From contig CAWFVV010000006.1 of NCBI GenBank assembly GCA_963819385.1, forward strand, positions 3,149,812 to 3,213,811: DNA of 64,000 nt, written 5' to 3'. Position 1 is the first letter of the stretch, and every line of letters starts with the position of its first letter. Source of the stretch: an uncultured Alphaproteobacteria bacterium. Its GTDB lineage: Bacteria > Pseudomonadota > Alphaproteobacteria > Rhizobiales > Xanthobacteraceae. The position numbers were made by a program, and so were the translations under genes. The notes below the pieces were generated by a model. That model worked only from the letters and a program-made list of their open reading frames with translations, did no database searches and was not told the DNA's origin. Shown piece after piece: positions 1-8,342 of the stretch.

Positions 1-518
1 TCGGCCTGCTGTTTCTGCATTTCTACACGTCGTTCGCGACCCAGGCGACCGCCGTGCTGTTCGGCAATGTGCTGGCGGTCGGCCGCGACACGCTGTGGAT
101 ACTCGCCGGACTCGGCGCCGTCTGCCTCGCAGGTCTCGCGGCGATCAGCCGCCCGCTGATCTTCGCGAGCCTGCAGCCGGAGGTCGCCGAGGCCAAGGGC
201 GTATCGCCGCGGCTGATCGCGGTGCTCTTCCTCGCCATCGTCGCGATCGCGGTGGCGGAGAGCTCGCAGATCGTCGGCGTGCTGCTGGTGTTCACGCTGA
301 TGGTGGGCCCGGCCGCGGCGGCACAGCGGCTCACCCGCGGATTATGGTCCGGCGTGGCGCTGTCGGTGCTGCTCGCGCTGATCGATGCGTGGGGCGGATT
401 GACGCTCGCGTTCTACACGGACTGGCCGACAAGCTTCTGGATCACGGCGCTGAGCGGCCTGGTGTATTTCGCAACGCTGATGGTCGATGGACGACAGTCA
501 CACACACTCAGAGCGTAG
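1..518 (+). CDS. ABC-3 family metal (Zn/Mn) ABC transporter permease, C-terminal part (5' end outside window)
   Basis: Frame 3 is open from the window edge (GLLFLHFYTSFATQATAVLFGNVLAV...). Multi-TM hydrophobic profile typical of ZnuB/MntB permeases. Stop TAG at 516-518. Confidence 0.7.
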   Translation, partial: GLLFLHFYTSFATQATAVLFGNVLAVGRDTLWILAGLGAVCLAGLAAISRPLIFASLQPEVAEAKGVSPRLIAVLFLAIVAIAVAESSQIVGVLLVFTLMVGPAAAAQRLTRGLWSGVALSVLLALIDAWGGLTLAFYTDWPTSFWITALSGLVYFATLMVDGRQSHTLRA

Positions 519-597
519 GCATGGGCACCCTGACCTGCCCCCGGATTTTCGGACCAGCGATAAGTTGAGAGACTGGCTCCCGATTTCGGAGGGAGCG

Positions 598-861
598 ATG
601 CGCAAAGGCCGATTTACAGAAGAGCAGAGGGTGGCGATCATCCGTGAGGCGGATCGCGAGCCGGTGGCGGAGGTGGCCAAGCGGCACGGGATCAGTGGCC
701 AGGCGATCTACATATGGCGCCAGCGGTTCGGCGGCTTCGAGGGGAACGAGGTGCGGCGGCTGAAGCAGCTTGAGGTCGAGAATGAGCGGCTCAAGAAGCT
801 GGTTGCCGAACGCGACCTCGAGATCGAGGTGATGAAGGAAGTAGCGTTAAAAAATTGGTGA
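598..861 (+). CDS. IS3-family transposase OrfA (HTH)
   Basis: MRKGRFTEEQRVAIIREADREPVAEVAKRHGISGQAIYIWRQRF... with leucine-zipper-like C-terminus. RBS ggaggga before ATG 598. Ends at the slippery site ttaaaaaat (~846-854). Confidence 0.8.
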   Translation: MRKGRFTEEQRVAIIREADREPVAEVAKRHGISGQAIYIWRQRFGGFEGNEVRRLKQLEVENERLKKLVAERDLEIEVMKEVALKNW

Positions 862-1799
862 GCGTGCCGGCTCGTCGGCGTCAAGTTGCGTATGGCCGGG
901 AGCGAGGTCTCTCGGCGCGACGGGCCTGCACGCTGTTTTCGGTGGGGCGCTCGGCGTTGCGCTACCGAAGCCGCAAGGCGGCCAAGGACGCGGCCGTGAT
1001 CGCGCGGATGAAGGAGCTGTCGGCGCAATATCCGCGCTGCGGCTACCGCCGCATCCGCATCTATCTCGGCCGCGACGGGCATCGGATGGGCGTGGGGCGC
1101 GCCTACCGGCTGTGGCGAGCGGCCAACCTGCAGCTGCCGCGCCGGAGGCCGAGGAAGCGCGTTGCGCTCCCGCGGCCGCGGCCGCAAGCACCGTGCGGGG
1201 CGAACCAGGTGTGGTCCTACGACTTCGTGTTCGATCATTGCGCGAACGGCCAGCAGCTCAAGTGTCTCACGGTGACGGACGAGTTCACCAAGGAGGGGCT
1301 GGCGATCGAGGTCGATGGCCGCATCCGCTCGCCGCGTGTCATCGATGTGCTGTCGCGCCTCGTGAGTGCACGCGGCGCGCCGGCATTCCTGCGCAGCGAC
1401 AACGGCCCAGAGTTCGTATCCAAGGCCCTGTTGTCCTGGATCGTCGCACAAGGCATTGGGACGGCATTGATCGAGCCCGGCAAGCCTTGGCAGAATGGCG
1501 TCGTGGAGAGCTTCAACGGCAAATTTCGCGACGAGTGCCTGAACCTCGAATGGTTTCGTTCGCGCGCCGAAGCGAAGGTCATCATCGAGGCGTGGCGTCG
1601 GCATTACAACGAAGTGCGACCGCATTCGAGCCTCGGCTATCTCACGCCGAACGAGTTCGTGGCTCGACTGAAAAACGCAGCGACCTGCCATGCAACGGGC
1701 CAGGGCGCTGCGGTAGGTGGGCCTCCGCGCCCTGGCCCGTTGCATCACCCGCTCCGCAAGGGGCACAGGCAGCAGGTCAGGGACGCCGTCTCAAGCTAA
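855..1799 (+). CDS. IS3-family transposase OrfB (DDE integrase core), expressed by -1 frameshift from OrfA
   Basis: rve-type integrase motifs (WSYDFVF..., SDNGPEFVS..., WQNGVVESFNGKFRDECLN). OrfB frame is -1 relative to OrfA across the A-rich slippery motif. Confidence 0.8.
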   Translation: MVSVPARRRQVAYGRERGLSARRACTLFSVGRSALRYRSRKAAKDAAVIARMKELSAQYPRCGYRRIRIYLGRDGHRMGVGRAYRLWRAANLQLPRRRPRKRVALPRPRPQAPCGANQVWSYDFVFDHCANGQQLKCLTVTDEFTKEGLAIEVDGRIRSPRVIDVLSRLVSARGAPAFLRSDNGPEFVSKALLSWIVAQGIGTALIEPGKPWQNGVVESFNGKFRDECLNLEWFRSRAEAKVIIEAWRRHYNEVRPHSSLGYLTPNEFVARLKNAATCHATGQGAAVGGPPRPGPLHHPLRKGHRQQVRDAVSS

Positions 1800-1835
1800 C
1801 CGTGGTCCGAAGAATTGGGGCAGGCCACCCCCCGA

Positions 1836-1990
1836 AAAAAATACAATCGATCTGCAATGGGAATGCGACGACATTTACAATGGAAGGCATTGAAAGGCCG
1901 AGGAAAACCCGGCGAGCGCAAGAACAATGGAAAACAATGACAAAAACAATGCGAAAAACAATGGATGCAATGAAAAAAGCGGACGTGACT
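1836..1990. repeat. AT-rich tract with phased ~11-bp AACAATG repeats
   Basis: aacaatggaa|aacaatgacaa|aaacaatgcga|aaaacaatggatg|caatgaaaaaa plus upstream tacaatcg/gcaatggg/tacaatgg. GC is far below the window average. Confidence 0.5.
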
Positions 1991-2144
1991 CAACCATAGG
2001 TGAGATACAAAAGACCCGCCGACGAGCCGAGGCCGGCGAGCCTGGCACACAAATCCGAGACTAGGATTTCAGCCATCGCCGACTTGGCGCCGAAACGCAA
2101 GCACGCGCTCACGTTATCACCGCCGCAATTCGCCGGAATGAGTC

Positions 2145-2230
2145 GTAGGGTGGGCAAAGCGAAGCGTGCCCGCCGTGACGCATGCGACCGCGTGGGCACG
2201 GCGCGCATAGCGCGCCTTTGCCCACCCTAC
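2145..2230. repeat. REP/MITE-like palindromic repeat, family A (gtagggtgggcaaag...ctttgcccaccctac)
   Basis: Inverted arms gtagggtgggcaaagcgaagcgtgccc / cgcgcctttgcccaccctac. Further copies at 24917-24986 and a longer variant at 16161-16289. Confidence 0.8.
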
Positions 2231-2234
2231 GAAA

Positions 2235-2735
2235 TCACAAAATGAAACTCACCGACCCCAGCGCGCCGAGCTCCTCCGCATCCAGGATCGCGCGGCGCTC
2301 GGCGATCTTCAGCATGCCGTGCTGGCGCTTGAGCGTGTAGCGGTACTGGCCGACGAACTCCTGGTGCGCGCCGCCGCGGCGGAAGCGGTGGATGGCGAAA
2401 TTGGCCGAGGCCTCGATGGTGTCGCCCTCGATCGCGGTGATGCGCACGTTGGTGATCATCCGGCGCGTGCGCGAGGGAGGATACTCGGCGTGGCAGTTCG
2501 GGTCCTTGAGGCGGATGATGCGCTCGCGCAGGCGCACGATGTCGTCCGCAATGGTGAACAGCGTATAGCGGTGGTCGGCGTCGGGCTTGTCATTGGGCGG
2601 CACGTAATAGGTCGCGTCGTCGGTGAGCAGCTTGAGCCACATGTCGAGCTGCCAGTCGTCGAGCAGCGCGGCCTCGTAATAGAACAGGTCCTCGACCTCG
2701 GCGCGCGAGACCGCGTCGGTGAAAGGCGTGTTCAC
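2235..2735 (-). CDS. aromatic ring-hydroxylating dioxygenase beta (small) subunit
   Basis: 166 aa, SnoaL-like fold signature (EDLFYYEAALLDDWQLDMWLKLLTDDATYYVP...). GTG start overlaps the alpha-subunit stop (GTGA). Confidence 0.8.
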   Translation of the reverse strand: MNTPFTDAVSRAEVEDLFYYEAALLDDWQLDMWLKLLTDDATYYVPPNDKPDADHRYTLFTIADDIVRLRERIIRLKDPNCHAEYPPSRTRRMITNVRITAIEGDTIEASANFAIHRFRRGGAHQEFVGQYRYTLKRQHGMLKIAERRAILDAEELGALGSVSFIL

Positions 2736-4042
2736 GCGGCTTCCTCCATCAGCTCGTTCCAGCGCCGCCAGAAGACGCGCAGGTGGCCCTCGTCGGTGTC
2801 GAGCTGGTCGTCGTTGCGCGCCATGCCGCGCGAGAGATCGTTCCACTCGACGTCGCGCCAGGCCGCAAAGCCCTGCTGCACGTTCTCCAGCGCCGCCACG
2901 TCGTCGGGCGTCGCGAAGCCGCCCGGGCCGTAAAAAGTCAGGAACGCATGCAGGCGGCGTGCGCGCTGCGCCTCGGTCTCCTCGACCGGGCCGAGCGCCC
3001 AGGCGGTGACGTGCATCCGGTCGGCCGCCACGGGATAGAAGTTGCGCACCGTGACGGACGAGCCGTCGTTGATGACGAGATTGGGGAAGACCACGAGGTT
3101 GCGATTGGTGTCGGCGACGCGGGCGGCGCGCGCCTCGCCGAGCCGCCCCACCAGCTCGGCGCGGATCGCGTCGATGTCGGCCTTCGCGTCCTCGCCGTAG
3201 ACCGAGATCCAGCGCGCGACGGGCCGGCCGCGATAGTTCGGATTGTCGGTGGTCAGATGTCCGTTGCCGAGATCCTTGCCGAGCCCTTTGGTCGGCAGCA
3301 GCAGGCCCGAGCCCTTGGGCGGCGCGATGTTGACGCCGGAATTGCGCATGTAGTTGAGCCAGGTCGCGTGCGTCGCGACCAGGTGGTAGTCGTCGACGCT
3401 GTTCTCGACCAGCAGCTTCCAGTTCGCCTTGATGTCGTATTCCTGCACGCCCCCGATGATCTCCATGCGGCCGGATGGCGACTGGTCGACGACGAGGTCG
3501 ATGTAGTCCTTGGCGCCCGCCAGATAGGTGACGAGGTCGGGCGCGTCGCGATCGAAATTGAGGAACCAGAAGTCGCGGTAGGTCTCGAGCCGCGGCACCG
3601 CGACAAGGCCCATTTTCGTCTTGTCGAAACTCGGCGGATAAGCCTCCTCGCCCGGCACGTTGCGCAGGCTTCCGTCCACGTTGTAGGTCCAGCCGTGATA
3701 CATGCAGTAGAAGTTGCGCGCGTTGCCCTCGCGCTCGCGGCAGACGGTGGCGCCGCGGTGACGGCAGGAATTGATCAGGCAGCGGATCTCGCCCGCCCGG
3801 TCGCGGCAGAAGATGAGCGGCCGGCCGGCCGCCCAGCGGGTGCGGAAATCGCCCGGGCTCTTGAGCTCGGAGGCGTGACCCACGTAGATCCAGCAGCGGT
3901 CGAACAGCGCGCGCTGCTCGCGCTCCAGCACCTCGCGCGATACGAACACCTCGCGCCGCACCTGGAACGACATGGCGGTGCGGTTCTCGACCACCAACGG
4001 ATGGTTGCGGCCGTTGCGGTACGGGTCGGTACGGTCGTCCAT
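2732..4042 (-). CDS. Rieske [2Fe-2S] aromatic ring-hydroxylating dioxygenase alpha (large) subunit
   Basis: Rieske motif CRHRG...CMYHGW and mononuclear-iron catalytic domain (DDYHLVATHATWLNY). Start MDDRTDPY at 4042. Confidence 0.85.
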   Translation of the reverse strand: MDDRTDPYRNGRNHPLVVENRTAMSFQVRREVFVSREVLEREQRALFDRCWIYVGHASELKSPGDFRTRWAAGRPLIFCRDRAGEIRCLINSCRHRGATVCREREGNARNFYCMYHGWTYNVDGSLRNVPGEEAYPPSFDKTKMGLVAVPRLETYRDFWFLNFDRDAPDLVTYLAGAKDYIDLVVDQSPSGRMEIIGGVQEYDIKANWKLLVENSVDDYHLVATHATWLNYMRNSGVNIAPPKGSGLLLPTKGLGKDLGNGHLTTDNPNYRGRPVARWISVYGEDAKADIDAIRAELVGRLGEARAARVADTNRNLVVFPNLVINDGSSVTVRNFYPVAADRMHVTAWALGPVEETEAQRARRLHAFLTFYGPGGFATPDDVAALENVQQGFAAWRDVEWNDLSRGMARNDDQLDTDEGHLRVFWRRWNELMEEAA

Positions 4043-4118
4043 GCGGGCTGCTCCGTTTGCGCATTTATACCGCAGGAGACCGCGCGGTGCACTGTGGTAG
4101 GGTTTTGAGATAAACGTC

Positions 4119-4199
4119 GTCATGGCCGGGCTTGTCCCCGCCATCCACGCCTTGCAGCGCGGCAAAAGCGTGGATGCCCGGGACAAGCCCGGGCATGAC
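4119..4199. repeat. REP-like palindromic repeat, family B (gtcatggccgggcttgtcccggccatccacgc...)
   Basis: Near-perfect inverted arms gtcatggccgggcttgtcccc / gggacaagcccgggcatgac. Confidence 0.75.
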
Positions 4200-4224
4200 G
4201 GGGAAAACCAAAGGGAGACGCCGC

Positions 4225-5265
4225 ATGCCGCAGGTCTGGAAATCGCTCGCAACCGTTGCGCTCGTCGCCGGCCTCGCGCTCGTTGGGCGCGCCGGCGCGC
4301 AGGAGCTGGCGGTCGGCACCATCGGGGCATCGAGCAACTCGCCGTTCTTCATCGCGGACAAGCGCGGCTACTTCAAGGACGAAGGCCTCACCGTCAAGTT
4401 CATCCGCTTCAACTCGGCCGCGAAGGCGATGGCGCCGCTCGGCACCGGTGAGCTTTCGGTCGCGAGCGGCGCGACCTCGGCGGCGCTCTACAACGCGGTC
4501 AGGCGCGGCGTCACGCTGCGCATCGTCGCCGACAAGGCGAAGAACCCGCCGGGCTACGGCTTCGAGGCGCTGCTCGTGCGCAAGGACCTGCGCGACGGCG
4601 GCAAGATCAAGACGCTCGCCGATTTCAAGGGCCGCAAGATCGCGATCTCGGCCGCCGGCAACAGCGAGGATTTCCTCGTCGACTATGCGATGCGCAAGAC
4701 CGGGATGACGATCAAGGACGTCGACCCAATCTATCTCGGCTTCCCGCAGCACATCGCGGCGTTCACCAACGGCGGCATCGACCTGAGCCTGTCGGTCGAG
4801 CCGAGCATCTCGTCGATCGAGAAGTCCGGCAAGGCGGTGCGCTTCCTCGGCGTCGACGAGTTCTATCCGAACTTCGAGACCGCGGTGGTGTTCTACAGCG
4901 AGAAGTTCATCAAGGAGCGGCCGGAGGACGCCAAGAAGTTCATGCGCGCCTACCTGCGCGGCGCGCGCGACTATCTCGACGCGCTCAACGGCGACCGGCT
5001 CACGGCGCCGGCGGCGGATCAGGTGATCCCGATCCTCAACGAATATTCGTTCATCAAGAATCCCGACGTCTATCGCGCGATGCGGTCGCACTACGTCGAT
5101 CCGAACGGCGAGCTCAACGTCGCGGCGCTCAAGGACGCCTGGCAGTATTTCAAGGACGCCAAGCTGACCGATGGTTCGGTCACGGTCGATCAGGTGGTCG
5201 ATACGAGCTTCGCGAAGTGGGCAGCGGAGCAGTTGGGGCCCTATAAAAAGAAGAACGCGAAGTAA
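4225..5265 (+). CDS. ABC transporter substrate-binding protein, NitT/TauT (NMT1/SsuA-like) family
   Basis: Signal peptide MPQVWKSLATVALVAGLALVGRAGAQE, RBS aagggag, periplasmic-binding-protein fold motifs. Confidence 0.8.
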   Translation: MPQVWKSLATVALVAGLALVGRAGAQELAVGTIGASSNSPFFIADKRGYFKDEGLTVKFIRFNSAAKAMAPLGTGELSVASGATSAALYNAVRRGVTLRIVADKAKNPPGYGFEALLVRKDLRDGGKIKTLADFKGRKIAISAAGNSEDFLVDYAMRKTGMTIKDVDPIYLGFPQHIAAFTNGGIDLSLSVEPSISSIEKSGKAVRFLGVDEFYPNFETAVVFYSEKFIKERPEDAKKFMRAYLRGARDYLDALNGDRLTAPAADQVIPILNEYSFIKNPDVYRAMRSHYVDPNGELNVAALKDAWQYFKDAKLTDGSVTVDQVVDTSFAKWAAEQLGPYKKKNAK

Positions 5266-5284
5266 GAATGGCACGGCCTACGGA

Positions 5285-5460
5285 CTCCCTCCCCCGCTTG
5301 CGGGGGAGGGTGGGGAGGGGGAAGCCGCTTGCTCGGAGCTAGCGACGCAGGTTGCTTTTCAACTCATCGAGATTTTTGATTCTGTATCGTCATGCGGCGG
5401 AGAGGATCCCCGTGGGGCTTCCCCCTCCCCGCCCTCCCCCGCAAGCGGGGGAGGGGGACG
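5285..5460. repeat. REP-like repeat pair, family C (ccctcccccgcttgcgggggaggg palindrome units)
   Basis: Two inverted units flank ~90 bp. The same family recurs at 18841-19020, 30630-30720, 30875-30905, 35035-35155, 39590-39725 and 45640-46200. Confidence 0.8.
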
Positions 5461-5480
5461 CTGGCGCCGTGCGTGGGGCT

Positions 5481-7157
5481 TTACTTCACAGGCGCTTCGT
5501 AGACGACCTTGCCACCGACCATCGTGAGGAGAGGCTTGATCTCCTTGATCTCGCCTTCCGGGACCGTCAGATAATCGCGGTCGAGGACGAGCAGATCGGC
5601 GTATCGGCCGACCGTCAGCGAGCCGATGTTGCCCTCCTGGAACACGAACCACGCGTTCGATCGCGTGTGTGCGATCAGCGCTTCCTCCCGCGAGATGGTC
5701 TGCCGGTTCACCTTGCGGCCACCGATCATCTCGCCGGTGACGGCAAGACTCAGCGTGTAGAACGGGTTCGATGTCGTGACCGCGGTGGCGTCGGAGCCGA
5801 GGCCCCAGTGGATCCCGCTGTCCTGGACGCGCCGGAACGGCGGCATGTCCCAGGCCTTGTCGCCATGGACTTCATGCATGAGGGCGCCCTGGATCAGGGG
5901 GCGACTGTGGATCTGCGCACCCATGCCGAGCCGTTTCATGCGCTCGAGCTGCGCCGCCGTGACCTGGTCCAGATGCGAGAATGTCCAGCGCAGTCCCTTG
6001 ATCGGATGCGTCTTGTTGATCGCCTCGTACTGGTCGAGGAAGGCATCGATGGCCGCTTCCATCTCCACGTGCGAATTGACGTAGAGCCCCTTGGCGGCGA
6101 GCGCATCCGCAATCCGGCGATATTGCGCCATATCCTCTGGCCGAGTGTTGCTGGTGGTCCGCAACAACTGCGTCGTAACCGGCCCGTAGATACTCTCGCC
6201 CCAGCCGACATTGTCGAAATAGTCGTCACCCTGAAACGGCCTTTGCTCGGCGATCTCCTTGATGACGGCATCGGCCTGGGCCGGCGTCCCCGGCTGGCGG
6301 ATCGTGGTCCAGAACGCACGAATATTCAGCTCGCCGTGCTGGTCGAGATACCGGAACGGCTCGTAGTGCTTCGCTCCCATTCCGCGGCCGCCGGCGTCCA
6401 GCCATGCCGTCACGCCCAGCGAATTGAGGTAGGTGACGAGCTTGCGCGTGTTGGCAAGCCAGGCATCCTGGTCGAACAGGGGAACGCCTGCCGCCACGAA
6501 CGCGACGCCGCCCCCGCCGCGCACCACGCCGGTCGGCCGGCCCGCCGCGTCCTTCTCGATCGTTCCGTCGGGCGGATTCGGCGTGGCCGCATCGATCTTC
6601 AGGGCGGCCTGCGCAGCGCTGTTGAGATAGGAATGATCGTAGATCGCCTGTATCACGACCGGATTGTTCGGGGCGATGCGATCGAGCTCGTCGCGCGGAA
6701 AGCCGCGCGGATCGTCGGTGAACTGCTGCTCCGACCAACCGCCGAGCACCGCGATCCACTGGCCGGCCGGCGTCGCCTGCACCCGATCGGCGAGGAGCTT
6801 CAGCGCCTGCGCGCGCGACGTGACGCCGTCGAACCGCAATTCGTCGTGCTCGGCGGCGCGGATCCAGTGTGCATGATTGTCGATGAGCCCGGGAATGACG
6901 GTGCGGCCCGCGAGGTCCATGACCCGCGTGGCCGGCCCCTTGAGTTTTTCGACAGCCGCGTTGCTGCCGACCGCGACGATGCGCTGCCCGCGGATCGCCA
7001 GCGCCTGGGTGATCGAAAAGCGGTCGTCGACGGTGACGATCTTCCCGTTGAGCAGAATGAGATCCGCGTTCTGGGCCACGGCGCCCGCCGTGAATGCGAG
7101 CAACGCAACACACGCCGCAAACATACGTATCTTGGATATCATCATTTCCCGCTCCAA
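5481..7157 (-). CDS. amidohydrolase-3 family metal-dependent hydrolase (secreted)
   Basis: Signal peptide, NHAHW metal-binding motif and C-terminal DLLVLD..Y motif typical of the YtcJ-like amidohydrolase family. The start may be the second Met (7145). Confidence 0.75.
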   Translation of the reverse strand: MEREMMISKIRMFAACVALLAFTAGAVAQNADLILLNGKIVTVDDRFSITQALAIRGQRIVAVGSNAAVEKLKGPATRVMDLAGRTVIPGLIDNHAHWIRAAEHDELRFDGVTSRAQALKLLADRVQATPAGQWIAVLGGWSEQQFTDDPRGFPRDELDRIAPNNPVVIQAIYDHSYLNSAAQAALKIDAATPNPPDGTIEKDAAGRPTGVVRGGGGVAFVAAGVPLFDQDAWLANTRKLVTYLNSLGVTAWLDAGGRGMGAKHYEPFRYLDQHGELNIRAFWTTIRQPGTPAQADAVIKEIAEQRPFQGDDYFDNVGWGESIYGPVTTQLLRTTSNTRPEDMAQYRRIADALAAKGLYVNSHVEMEAAIDAFLDQYEAINKTHPIKGLRWTFSHLDQVTAAQLERMKRLGMGAQIHSRPLIQGALMHEVHGDKAWDMPPFRRVQDSGIHWGLGSDATAVTTSNPFYTLSLAVTGEMIGGRKVNRQTISREEALIAHTRSNAWFVFQEGNIGSLTVGRYADLLVLDRDYLTVPEGEIKEIKPLLTMVGGKVVYEAPVK

Positions 7158-7160
7158 CGC

Positions 7161-8342
7161 TCACTTGGAATCCAATATGCCGACCTGATGCGCGAGAGCG
7201 ATCTCCCGCCGCTCGCGCGCCGACTGCTGGATCGCAAGGGCGACCTCGAGCGTCGCCTTGCCCCAGCGGCCGTCGTGCACGGGCGAGCGTCCGGTCGCGA
7301 TCGCGGCGCGCATGTCGTCGAGCACGTTGAGCCGGCCCGAATACCGGCCGCCGTCGGGCAGCGCGACCTCGCGCTTGCCCTCCTCCGAATAGACGAAGAC
7401 GCCGTCCGCGGAGGCGCGCAGGTCGCCGCGCGCGCAGGTCGCGATCGTCACGCCGAAATGCGGCTGATGCGGCGGCTCGCCCTGGTCCGGCGCGCCGTAG
7501 CCGACGCTCGAGGTGCGCAGCGCGGCCTCGGGACCCTGGTGCGCGCGCAACGCGCGACGTGAGGCGCCGTGGGCCGCCTGCTTCATCGAGCCGCGTTCGG
7601 ACACCCAGAAGTGCAGCTCGTCCGAATCGAAGAAATCGTAACCGCTGTAGACCAGCGATGCCGCGACCCCGTTGGCGAACTCGAGGAACGCCGTGCAGTT
7701 CGCCTCGGTCGGCCGCGCCGGATCGAGGACGCCGACTTGCGCGCGCACGCTCTTGACCAGCCCGCCGCCGATGAGCCGCACTGTCTCGATCTGATGCGGC
7801 ACCTGGTTGAACAGGATGCCGCCGCCCTTGCTCGTATCGAGCTCCTCGGGTCGGCGCGGACGATAGAGATAGTTGGTGTAATTCCACGACGCGATCATGC
7901 CGAGCGCGCCCATCTCGCCCGACGCGATGATGCGGCGCATCTCGCGCACCGCCGGATCGAACGCGTGGGTGTGGCCGACGATCAGATGCACCTTGGCGCG
8001 CTCGGCCGCCACGATGATGCGGTCGCAGTCGGCGAGGGTCAGCGCCATCGGCTTTTCCAGGATCACGTGCTTGCCGCCCTCGGCCGCCGCGATGGCGTGC
8101 TCGGCATGGAACTGGTGCGGCGTCGCGATATAGACCGCCTCGACGGCCGCATCCTCGCAGAGCGCGCGCGCGTCCGCGTAGGTGCGTGCATTGAAGTCGC
8201 GCCCGAACGCCTCGCGCGGCGCCGCGTGCGGATCGGCGGCGGCGGTGAGCACCACGCCCGGATGGCGCGCGGCGGCCCGCACCATCACGGCGCCCGCCAT
8301 GCCGAGGCCGATGACGCCGAGGGCGAGCGGGCGCTGGGTCAT
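7161..8342 (-). CDS. Gfo/Idh/MocA family oxidoreductase
   Basis: N-terminal Rossmann GVIGLGMAG and EKP motif (HVILEKPMA). Confidence 0.8.
   Translation of the reverse strand: MTQRPLALGVIGLGMAGAVMVRAAARHPGVVLTAAADPHAAPREAFGRDFNARTYADARALCEDAAVEAVYIATPHQFHAEHAIAAAEGGKHVILEKPMALTLADCDRIIVAAERAKVHLIVGHTHAFDPAVREMRRIIASGEMGALGMIASWNYTNYLYRPRRPEELDTSKGGGILFNQVPHQIETVRLIGGGLVKSVRAQVGVLDPARPTEANCTAFLEFANGVAASLVYSGYDFFDSDELHFWVSERGSMKQAAHGASRRALRAHQGPEAALRTSSVGYGAPDQGEPPHQPHFGVTIATCARGDLRASADGVFVYSEEGKREVALPDGGRYSGRLNVLDDMRAAIATGRSPVHDGRWGKATLEVALAIQQSARERREIALAHQVGILDSK

Larger units (their letters stand above)
531..1827 (+). mobile_element. IS3-family (IS407-group) insertion sequence
   Basis: Two overlapping ORFs (OrfA HTH, OrfB DDE integrase). 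Imperfect terminal inverted repeats: left tgacctgcccccggattttcggacc (from 531), right ggtccgaagaattggggcaggcca (ending ~1827). Ends TG...CA. Inserted 13 bp after the permease stop. Confidence 0.8.

Noticed and set aside
1877-1999. 39-aa ORF MEGIERPRKTRRAQEQWKTMTKTMRKTMDAMKKADVTQP across the 11-bp repeat tract
   Set aside because: Its periodic KTM sequence simply mirrors the DNA repeat. No RBS. More likely a binding-site array than a peptide gene.
5285-5460. Clusters of ccctcccccgcaagcgggggaggg units resembling a CRISPR array
   Set aside because: The units are self-palindromic, irregularly spaced, occur in both orientations and are scattered across many intergenic sites. This is REP behaviour, not direct repeats with unique spacers. 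No cas genes.
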